Shown here piece by piece: positions 1 to 6,730 of a DNA stretch of 27,039 nucleotides. This DNA comes from an uncultured Deferribacteres bacterium. GTDB lineage: Bacteria > Zhuqueibacterota > Zhuqueibacteria > Zhuqueibacterales > Geothermadaptataceae. The stretch's first letter is position 1. Each line of letters opens with the position of its first letter. The stretch lies in the NCBI GenBank assembly GCA_964014485.1, contig CAXHAT010000105.1, forward strand, positions 1-27,039, given 5' to 3'. Position numbers and translations under genes: made by a program. The notes under the pieces were generated by a model, which did no database searches, was not told the origin of the DNA, and worked only from the letters and a program-made list of their open reading frames with translations.

Positions 1-44
1 CACCAAGAAGCTCGTCGGCAGCGTCAGATGTGTATAAGAGACAG
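1..44 (+). other. Illumina Nextera adapter contamination (end of P5 'CAC' + 8-nt i5 index CAAGAAGC + Read 1 adapter with Tn5 mosaic end)
   Basis: 12-44 exactly matches TCGTCGGCAGCGTCAGATGTGTATAAGAGACAG. It is preceded by an 8-mer and CAC, the layout of a Nextera i5 primer. Confidence 0.97.
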
Positions 45-191
45 GAAGACGAGCTTTATTCTTCCGTTGGATTTGGCCTAAGGTTTAAACTGCCAATCAT
101 CGGCCTGACGCGCCTCGACGTTGCGTTTCCGGGGAACATGTTTGAAGAGCAAAAAGCGCAGTTCCACTTTTCATTGGGGCACAGCTTTTGA
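45..191 (+). CDS. 5'-truncated Omp85 (BamA/TamA) family outer membrane protein, last 48 aa
   Basis: Manual translation EDELYSSVGFGLRFKLPIIGLTRLDVAFPGNMFEEQKAQFHFSLGHSF* fits the final Omp85 barrel strands (GxGLR..P.G..RLD.A..FxFSLGxxF). The TGA at 189-191 overlaps the TTG start of the next gene. Not in the ORF track. Confidence 0.85.
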   Translation, partial: EDELYSSVGFGLRFKLPIIGLTRLDVAFPGNMFEEQKAQFHFSLGHSF

Positions 192-859
192 GAAAAATTT
201 GTTACGCACCGGGTCTTTCGAAAGCGCTCCTCGGCTTTGTTTTATTGAATCTCATTTTTGCGACTTCGGCTTTTGGAGAAAAAGCGCGAGTCGAGCGCAT
301 TGACCCGGCGGTCAAAAACGATTCGTTGTTCGCGAGTTTTCAAATCTCGGAGCTTTTTTCGCCGAAAATCACCGGCGTTTTGCACAGCGGCCTGCCAGTG
401 CAGATCGAATTAGAACTTAGGTTGCTCGAAATCGGCGGCGGCGTGATCGTGCAGAAAAAGCTGCGCACGATTGTCACTTACAATATTTGGCAGGAGCAAT
501 ACGCTTTGCAATTTGCCGGTAAAACTGAACTCTTCGGCGAGCTCGATAAATTCAAAAAAAGAGCAGGGGCCTTTCTCGATATTTTTCTTGCTCCCGCCGT
601 CAAAATTTCGAAGGACAAAGAATACGTTTTGCGTGCAAAAGCGAACATTCAACGCGCGTCGGATCCGCAGAACAAAAAATTATCTCACTGGTTGGACGGC
701 GCTCAAAAACGTGACCAGGTTACTTCGCAAGAACGACGCAGCAGTTTTTCGTTGAACTTGAACCAATTGATTTCCTTTTTTGTCGCCAGCGGCGAATCCG
801 ACGATAAAAGCGCCGCTTGGCAGGAGCATCGTTTTCGGCTCTCAAAGTTAAGAAATTGA
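188..859 (+). CDS. Exported protein, DUF4390-like
   Basis: 223 aa with a signal peptide (VLLNLIFATSAFG) and a 'LHSGLPVQI...TYNIWQEQY' pattern resembling DUF4390. It lies upstream of an NtrY-like kinase, the usual context for this family. Confidence 0.7.
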   Translation: MRKICYAPGLSKALLGFVLLNLIFATSAFGEKARVERIDPAVKNDSLFASFQISELFSPKITGVLHSGLPVQIELELRLLEIGGGVIVQKKLRTIVTYNIWQEQYALQFAGKTELFGELDKFKKRAGAFLDIFLAPAVKISKDKEYVLRAKANIQRASDPQNKKLSHWLDGAQKRDQVTSQERRSSFSLNLNQLISFFVASGESDDKSAAWQEHRFRLSKLRN

Positions 860-915
860 GAGCCGTTTTTTTGACGGGATGAACAGGATCTACCGGATTT
901 TTTATTTGTCAAATC

Positions 916-1122
916 AGTCCTGGAGGGACGATCGAAACTAGCCCGCCAATTTATTGGCGGGGCAAAATCAGCCTTATGTTGAGTTAAGTCCCGTCAGGGA
1001 CGACCGAGATTTTTCACAACGCCGAACATCAATCGTCCCTTGCGGGACTTTACTAAAACGCGTGCGTAATTTCAATCCAGCCAATGAATTAGCTGGCTAT
1101 TATCGAATGTCCCTACGGGACA
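916..1122. repeat. Composite REP/REPIN-like palindromic element
   Basis: Inner arms 986-1003 and 1033-1050 are 16/18 reverse-complementary. Outer arms (about 925-961 and 1077-1113) are 29/37. Each arm is built from small hairpins (GTCCC..GGGAC; CCnGCCAAT..ATTGGCnGG). Confidence 0.85.
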
Positions 1123-1200
1123 AGATAAAGTTATCCATATTGTTTTTATCACGAATGCGACGGCTTCGGGATGGGAACAAGCCGGACGTAAGTTATACCT

Positions 1201-1464
1201 ATGAATGATGTGACAAAAATTATTTACAGACGCGCCTATATTTATCACATCGAGTTTGACGATGGCACAAAAGGCGAAGTGGACTTTTCAGGATATTTAA
1301 ATCGCGGGCCTGTATTTCGTCCATTGTCTGATTTAGAGTTTTTCAAAAAAGCGACAATCGACGGCGGAACGATTGCGTGGCCAAATGGCTTGGACATCGC
1401 ACCGGAAACATTGTATGAAAAATGCCAGCAAGCCCAGCGCCTTTCCGCGAATCAACCGGTTTAG
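1201..1464 (+). CDS. DUF2442 domain protein (putative antitoxin), no adjacent DUF4160 partner
   Basis: 87 aa with F-D-D-G..VD..GPVF.PL....F....[17 protein letters not shown], typical of DUF2442. Confidence 0.88.
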   Translation: MNDVTKIIYRRAYIYHIEFDDGTKGEVDFSGYLNRGPVFRPLSDLEFFKKATIDGGTIAWPNGLDIAPETLYEKCQQAQRLSANQPV

Positions 1465-1487
1465 CGGAAAAATTGTCCGGTTGATTC
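1449..1487 (+). terminator. Hairpin spanning the DUF2442 stop codon; possible terminator or degenerate recombination site
   Basis: Perfect 11-bp inverted repeat GAATCAACCGG (1449-1459) / CCGGTTGATTC (1477-1487), followed only by a weak T-rich tract (TTATT). Confidence 0.4.
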
Positions 1488-1494
1488 TTATTAC

Positions 1495-1705
1495 AACGTT
1501 AAGCCTGACCGTCTTGGCAACAAAATAATGGTTCTCGTTCCAATGCTTTGCCTCCGGCGTCCCGAGGGTAAACCGTTGGAATGCAGTTTCCGGCGCTTTG
1601 CGCCGGTTCCGTCACCACTATTTTGAACTTGAACGAATCGGCGCGAAGCGCCGGAAACTGCATGACCACGCGAAGCATGGTCACGAGAATGCCGGACTTA
1701 ACGTT
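1495..1705. repeat. REPIN/MITE-like palindromic element (CTCGTTCC..GGAATGCA type) with outer 9-bp inverted repeat
   Basis: 1581-1605 vs 1639-1663 are 24/25 reverse-complementary. Ends TTCTCG (1532) / CGAGAA (1689). Outer AACGTTAAG (1495-1503) / CTTAACGTT (1697-1705). Confidence 0.85.
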
Positions 1706-1738
1706 TTAATATTCTGTAAATCCCGCCCCAGAAAATAA

Positions 1739-3253
1739 ATGAAAAGCATCCAAACCAAACTCGTCCTTTCTATTCTCTTCATCGCTCTCCTGCCCGTTCT
1801 GCCGCTTTTTTTTCTCGTTCAAAATCTCGTTGAATCCGGCTTAAATGTTGGTTTTAACCAACAAGCGGAGTCGGCTCTGGAAGAAGCGAGCTATCTTTCC
1901 CAAAGTCTTTTTGCTGAATATCGCGAAGAAACGCTCGGCTACGCCCAGCGGCTCGCGGAATCGCGCCGCGTTCGTCAAATGTTGGAGCAAAAAAACGGCG
2001 CATCGAATGCCACTTTCCAGGCCGATTCAAGTTTTCGCGTTTGCATTTACGATCTCGAAACCAACCTGTTCTGCGACGCTTCTCAAGATTCCGCGGCTTT
2101 GACCTCGCCGCTTGAAGACGCCCGGATTTTGGAAATATTGGAAAAAGGCGAGCCGGGATTTTTGACGATGCAGCATCCACCGGATTTTTTGACCGCGGTC
2201 GCGCCGGTCTTTGTGGACAACGTTAAATTTGGCGCGGTCGTGGTTACAAAAACAATTGATGAACGATTTCGAAACGCCGCTCGGCAGATCGTTGAAGTCA
2301 ATCAAATGTTTAAAATTCTGGGTGAACCCGGCGATCTGCGCTCTGGATTTATGTTCGCGTTTCTGGTGATTTACGCACCGCTGGTTTTGATTTCGGTCGC
2401 GGTCGGCTTGTTCTTCTCTAAAAAAATTACCGCGCCTTTGATTCGCTTAACGGCGGAAACGGAGAGAGTCGGAGAAGGCGATTGGAGCTATCGCAGCGAA
2501 AGCGCGTCGAGCGACGAGGTTGGGCGTTTGTACAAAGCCTTCGAAACCATGGTCGAGCGTTTGAAGGAAAAACAAAATCAGATCGTGCATTTGGAAAAAA
2601 TGGCGATGTGGCGGGAGATGGCGCGCGTCCTGGCGCACGAAATCAAAAATCCGCTGACGCCGATGCAGCTCACTGCCCAGCAATTGCGCGACAAATACAC
2701 TGGCGACGATCCGGTTTATGGAAAATTGTTGCGCGAATGCACCGACATCATGATCGACGAAATCCGCAGCCTGGAAAAGCTGGTTCGCGAGTTTTCGGAG
2801 TATGCTCGCACGCCAAAACTCAACCTCGCCGAAGCTGATTTTAACGCGCTGATTGAAGAGACGGCGAATCTTTACGCAGATCAAGCGATTCATCTCTCGC
2901 TCGATCCGGGGCTCAGGCCTTTTCGGTTCGACAGCGAACAAATGCGCCGCGTGCTCATCAATTTTTTCGAAAACGCAGCCCAGAGTATGGACGACAAAGC
3001 AGGCGGCGACATTTCAATTTCGACCAAGTTGATAGAAGACAAAGTTCTGCTTGAATTTGCTGATAACGGGCAAGGCATGTCGCAAGAAGTCGCCGCCCGT
3101 ATCTTTGAGCCTTATTTTTCAACAAAGAAAAAAGGCATGGGGCTAGGGTTGGCCATCGTCAAACGCATTATTGAAGAGCACGGCGGGAGGATTTGGGTGG
3201 AAAGCGCGCCGGGCGAGAGCGCGCGTTTTTTTGTAGAGTTATCGGTGAATTAG
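1739..3253 (+). CDS. Membrane sensor histidine kinase (2 TM, HAMP, HisKA, HATPase_c), NtrY-like
   Basis: H-box LAHEIKNPLTP, N-box NFFENA, G1 DNGQG, F-box IFEPYFSTK, G2 GMGLGL, HAMP ITAPL...DEVGRLYKAFETM, and two hydrophobic helices. Confidence 0.95.
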   Translation: MKSIQTKLVLSILFIALLPVLPLFFLVQNLVESGLNVGFNQQAESALEEASYLSQSLFAEYREETLGYAQRLAESRRVRQMLEQKNGASNATFQADSSFRVCIYDLETNLFCDASQDSAALTSPLEDARILEILEKGEPGFLTMQHPPDFLTAVAPVFVDNVKFGAVVVTKTIDERFRNAARQIVEVNQMFKILGEPGDLRSGFMFAFLVIYAPLVLISVAVGLFFSKKITAPLIRLTAETERVGEGDWSYRSESASSDEVGRLYKAFETMVERLKEKQNQIVHLEKMAMWREMARVLAHEIKNPLTPMQLTAQQLRDKYTGDDPVYGKLLRECTDIMIDEIRSLEKLVREFSEYARTPKLNLAEADFNALIEETANLYADQAIHLSLDPGLRPFRFDSEQMRRVLINFFENAAQSMDDKAGGDISISTKLIEDKVLLEFADNGQGMSQEVAARIFEPYFSTKKKGMGLGLAIVKRIIEEHGGRIWVESAPGESARFFVELSVN

Positions 3254-3256
3254 ACT

Positions 3257-3520
3257 TCAAGAATTAACAGCTTTGTCAGACAAATAATTTGCAGAAAGGT
3301 CTTCGCCTTCGGGCCAACAAATCCCGCCCAGTGGATCGACGGCGACTTGGCGGAAATAGCGCGGATTGCGCAACCGCCAAAAAATGTCACGTTCTTGAAT
3401 TCTCGAAGCTAATGAAAGTTTTGTCTGCCGTCCGTCTTCCCATTTTAATTCCAAAGAAAAGTTTTTTCCAGGAGAAACCGAAACGACTTTTCTCCAGGGC
3501 GTTTTAACCTGAGAGTTCAT
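3257..3520 (-). CDS. DUF2442 domain protein (putative antitoxin)
   Basis: 87 aa with L.WEDG...IF..LR.P.YF.QV.VD..GGICWPEGEDLS. It overlaps the upstream DUF4160 gene by 17 nt. Confidence 0.82.
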   Translation of the reverse strand: MNSQVKTPWRKVVSVSPGKNFSLELKWEDGRQTKLSLASRIQERDIFWRLRNPRYFRQVAVDPLGGICWPEGEDLSANYLSDKAVNS

Positions 3521-3731
3521 TCCATTTCTCCATTAATTCATCTTGATTGGCCAAGACCCACTCACGAATTTTCCTTTCCTGCTTTGGCGGCATTTGTCCG
3601 GCTAGTATAGCGCCGTCGCTGATTGCAATGGAAGCGGCGTAATCACCGTAGACGCCATGGCAGTGAGGCGTACCATGATCATCAAGGTACATATAAATGG
3701 AAATACCGAAAAAATAGGCGATTCTGGGCAT
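3504..3731 (-). CDS. DUF4160 domain protein (putative type II toxin)
   Basis: 75 aa MPRIAYFFGISIYMYLDDHGTPHCH...W...QDELMEKW, the classic DUF4160 pattern. Confidence 0.9.
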   Translation of the reverse strand: MPRIAYFFGISIYMYLDDHGTPHCHGVYGDYAASIAISDGAILAGQMPPKQERKIREWVLANQDELMEKWNELSG

Positions 3732-3763
3732 TGTTAATTTTCCGAATTGATTGGTACGAGGAA

Positions 3764-3791
3764 AATATAATCAGAATTCCAAGAATCGCAA
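3764..3791 (-). promoter_or_regulatory. Possible sigma70 promoter for the DUF4160/DUF2442 pair
   Basis: Minus-strand TTGCGA-N16-TATATT about 30 nt upstream of the ATG at 3731. Confidence 0.35.
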
Positions 3792-3794
3792 AAT

Positions 3795-4163
3795 CTAAAT
3801 TTGTACTAATCGTCTTTCTCGTTCTCCAAGAAGCGCATCCAGCATCTCAAACGCATAACGCAGGTGCGGAATCACGATGCTCCCGCCGATGATGAGCGCG
3901 ATGTTCATCGCTTCGTTTAATTCTTCTTTTGACGCGCCTTCCTGCACGCAACGGTCGAGATGGTAGAAAATGCAATCGTTGCAGCGCAAAACCATGCTGC
4001 CGACCAAGCCCATGAGTTCTTTGTGCTTCACTGACAGCGCGCCTTCCACGTAGGCTTTGTGATCCAGACCATAGAACTTTTTAAAATCCTTAAAGCCGCT
4101 GTTGAGTATTTTATCGTTCATCGCCGACCGATATTCACGCGCTTTTTTTAATTTCGATTCCAT
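3795..4163 (-). CDS. Carboxymuconolactone decarboxylase / AhpD-like protein
   Basis: GALSVKHKEL...RCNDCIFYH...EGAS.EE..EA with a CxxC motif. Start placed at ATG 4163 because of an upstream AGGAG; the longer ORF-track start overlaps the divergent gene. Confidence 0.9.
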   Translation of the reverse strand: MESKLKKAREYRSAMNDKILNSGFKDFKKFYGLDHKAYVEGALSVKHKELMGLVGSMVLRCNDCIFYHLDRCVQEGASKEELNEAMNIALIIGGSIVIPHLRYAFEMLDALLGERERRLVQI

Positions 4164-4224
4164 ATCAAACCTCCTGTTTTTGATGTGCTGAGAAGAAAGC
4201 AAGTTGTATGTTGCGTCGGGTTGG

Positions 4225-4253
4225 TTGACAAGCCCTGAGAAATTTTGTAGTTT
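4225..4253 (+). promoter_or_regulatory. Putative sigma70 promoter of the radical SAM gene
   Basis: TTGACA (4225-4230)-N17-TAGTTT (4248-4253), about 60 nt before the ATG at 4312. Confidence 0.55.
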
Positions 4254-4311
4254 TTCCAAGACGCAATATCCGGTAATAAAACATGAATCAAAGCAAGTGA
4301 CAAGCAATTCG

Positions 4312-5571
4312 ATGAGTTCGCAGAACGGCGCTGAAAAAAAGTACATTCCTTCCCTGATTTCCTGGAATCTCACCCAAAAATGTAATCTCAAATGTCCGCA
4401 CTGCTATATGGAAGCCGGGCGAAAAGCGGTAAATGAGTTGACGACCGACGAGTGCATCGGCTTGATCGATGAAATGAAATCGCTGGGCACGGAAATGGTC
4501 ATCCTCACCGGCGGCGAACCGCTGCTTCGGCGCGATATTTACGACATTGCCAGCTACGCCTCATCGCAAGGTCTGTGGGTGGTGATGGGCACAAACGGCG
4601 TGCTTTTAAACGATAAGGTTGCGCAGAGAATGCTGGAGTGCGGCGTAAAAGGCGTTGGCATTAGCATCGACTCCATCGATCCGGAAAAACACAATTCTTT
4701 TCGCGGCGGCCCGAATGCGTGGGAATACTCCGTGCGCGGTTTGGAGGTTGCACGCAAGCACGGCCTACAGGTTCTGGTGCAAAGCACGGTGATGGAATCG
4801 AACCAGGATGAAATTCCGCAACTTATTGAATTCGCCCGAGAAAAAGGCGCATGGTCGTTCAATCTTTATTTTCTCGTCCAAACAGGTCGCGGGCAGGAAA
4901 TGAACGATCTTTCGCCGCAGCAAACGCACGACATGCTTTCCTATTTAGTTGACGTGCAGGACGATTTTCGCCCTATGCTCGTTCGCTCCAAATGCGCGCC
5001 GCAGTTCAAGCAAATTTCTTATGAAAAAGGTCGCGGCGGTCTCGAAAGCGGCGGGTGCATGGCGGGAACGCAATACTTGCGCATCACGCCAAACGGCGAC
5101 GTGACGCCTTGCCCCTACATGACCGAAGTGGCGGGAAATATTCGCGAGCAGAGTTTTACTGAAATTTGGAAAAATTCGGCTGTTTTAAACGATTTGCGCA
5201 ATCCGAATAAGCTAAAAGGACGTTGTGGCGCTTGTGAATTTAACGAGTTATGCGGCGGCTGTCGGTGCCGAGCATTTGCGGCGTACGGCGATTATCTCCA
5301 GGAAGATCCGGCCTGCCTTTACCAGCCTACCGGAGAGCCTTTGAAATTAGAAAATGGGCAATTTGAGTGGAGCGCAGAAGCGCAAGCACGCCTCGACCGA
5401 ATTCCCATCGAGTTTATCCGCAAAAAAGTAAAAAAAGGCGTGGAGGCGTTCGCGTTGCGAAACAATGTTTATTTGATCACGGCTGACACGATGAAAGATT
5501 CGCTTGCAGGGGAAGGGCGCACGGAAGGTTTTGCAGGCATGTCGCGTTTTTTCACAAAACCAGGGAATTAA
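4312..5571 (+). CDS. Radical SAM/SPASM protein, AhbD/NirJ-like, with C-terminal PCP_red-like domain
   Basis: WNLTQKCNLKCPHCY (CxxxCxxC), LTGGEPL, SPASM cysteines (GCMAG..PC..CGAC...CGGCR..DPAC), tail WSAEAQARLDRIP.EFIRKKVKKGVE. Start set at ATG 4312 downstream of the promoter. Confidence 0.9.
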   Translation: MSSQNGAEKKYIPSLISWNLTQKCNLKCPHCYMEAGRKAVNELTTDECIGLIDEMKSLGTEMVILTGGEPLLRRDIYDIASYASSQGLWVVMGTNGVLLNDKVAQRMLECGVKGVGISIDSIDPEKHNSFRGGPNAWEYSVRGLEVARKHGLQVLVQSTVMESNQDEIPQLIEFAREKGAWSFNLYFLVQTGRGQEMNDLSPQQTHDMLSYLVDVQDDFRPMLVRSKCAPQFKQISYEKGRGGLESGGCMAGTQYLRITPNGDVTPCPYMTEVAGNIREQSFTEIWKNSAVLNDLRNPNKLKGRCGACEFNELCGGCRCRAFAAYGDYLQEDPACLYQPTGEPLKLENGQFEWSAEAQARLDRIPIEFIRKKVKKGVEAFALRNNVYLITADTMKDSLAGEGRTEGFAGMSRFFTKPGN

Positions 5572-5582
5572 GTTTTGTCCGG

Positions 5583-6500
5583 CTATAACTTTATAGCCAG
5601 CGAAAAACGATGGCTATTGCCAAAATCAAAGTCCGCCGGTGAATAGGAATAATCGAAGCGGTAATTACCGGATTTTAAGCCCAAGCCCCCGGCCAGGCTT
5701 TGCGTTTCGTTCCCGCCTTGATAACCTAACCTGACGGCCACAACATCGTGTGGCAGAATTTCCGCGCCAAAATTGAAGATTGTCTTTGCGTCCAAAACGC
5801 TGCGGACGCTGGCGAATAAGTTGGGCGAGCTGTTGCCGAGCTTAAAATCAGGGGCGAAAACCAGACCGGCGCGCAAGTAGGTCGGCAACTTCACGTCTTC
5901 GGTGCGAAATTCTTCGACGCTGCCTAAATTGTGAATCGACGCCGCCAAAGCAAACGGACTTTCCGGCGAGGTTTTGTAGCGAACGCCAAGATCGACGCCG
6001 AAGCCGTTGGATGCGTAATTCAGGATTTTTTCCGCCAAATATTTAACCGTCACGCCGCCGTTCAGTTTTGAAGAAAACTGGCGCGCGTAACTCAAACCAA
6101 ATGCAATGTGGTGCGAGGTTAATTCCGAGATCGGCTCTGCCGAAGGCCGCGTGCGCTGCATAATTCCCGGCACGTTTTGCAAGAGCAGTGAAACGCCCCA
6201 AAACGATTTCCCGCCGCCGAATTTTACCGCGACAAAATCATTCGTAATATCTTGCAGCCATTCGGAATGCGACAAATACAGTTCGCCGCCGGAAGAACTG
6301 GCGAGATTCGCGGGATTCCAGAACGTCGCTTCAGCGCCGGTTGCATCCGCAACGTGCGCCTCCGCCAAAGCCGCGCCCCTGCCGCCAATGCCAATTTTGA
6401 GGAAAGACAACCCAGTGTTGCCGGCGTCGCCGGTTTGTGCAAACGCTTGATTTAAAAGGAGAGAAACGAGCACTGCGGAACAAGAAAAATATTTTCGCAT
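5583..6500 (-). CDS. PorV/PorQ-family (FadL-like) outer membrane beta-barrel protein
   Basis: Signal peptide; FLKIGIGGRGAALAEA...FWNPA; amphipathic strands; C-terminal HRFSLAIKL. Confidence 0.85.
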   Translation of the reverse strand: MRKYFSCSAVLVSLLLNQAFAQTGDAGNTGLSFLKIGIGGRGAALAEAHVADATGAEATFWNPANLASSSGGELYLSHSEWLQDITNDFVAVKFGGGKSFWGVSLLLQNVPGIMQRTRPSAEPISELTSHHIAFGLSYARQFSSKLNGGVTVKYLAEKILNYASNGFGVDLGVRYKTSPESPFALAASIHNLGSVEEFRTEDVKLPTYLRAGLVFAPDFKLGNSSPNLFASVRSVLDAKTIFNFGAEILPHDVVAVRLGYQGGNETQSLAGGLGLKSGNYRFDYSYSPADFDFGNSHRFSLAIKL

Positions 6501-6544
6501 GATTTAATGTCTTTGTGAAGTGATTTTTGGGAAAAACTTTACAA

Positions 6545-6694
6545 AACGCTGAGTCGCAAAGGACGCTGAGTTCCGCCAAGAAAATTCAAGTGTGAGTTCA
6601 TTGCAGTTAAATCGCAAATGTGAGAATTCACAAGCCGAACTCTTATATTTTTTAAGAACTTCGCGAGGCTCTGCGAACTTTGCGTCTCTGCGTT
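6545..6694. repeat. Intergenic inverted repeat (AACGCAGAG.CGCAAAG.. type)
   Basis: 6545-6580 and 6659-6694 are imperfect 36-bp reverse complements built from 9-nt CGCWRAG units. Confidence 0.8.
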
Positions 6695-6730
6695 AAGCCT
6701 AAGCCGTAAGGTGCTGGCTTTCTTCAACTT

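Noticed and set aside
26..44. Tn5/IS50 mosaic end as a real transposon end
   Set aside because: It sits within the full Nextera primer layout at the contig edge, with no transposase or second end.
954..1208. 84-aa ORF as the toxin partner of DUF2442
   Set aside because: It is mostly a translation of the 916-1122 palindrome and has no DUF4160 motifs.
1499..1684. 61-aa minus-strand ORF
   Set aside because: It lies entirely within a palindromic repeat.
916..1705. Possible CRISPR array
   Set aside because: The units are inverted and heterogeneous, not direct repeats with regular spacers, and there are no cas genes.
4164..4391. Extended N-termini of the CMD and radical SAM ORFs giving a head-to-head overlap
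   Set aside because: An RBS and a promoter support starts at 4163 (-) and 4312 (+), which leave a normal divergent gap.
6539..6727. 62-aa ORF between the two PorV-like genes
   Set aside because: It is derived from the 6545-6694 inverted repeat.
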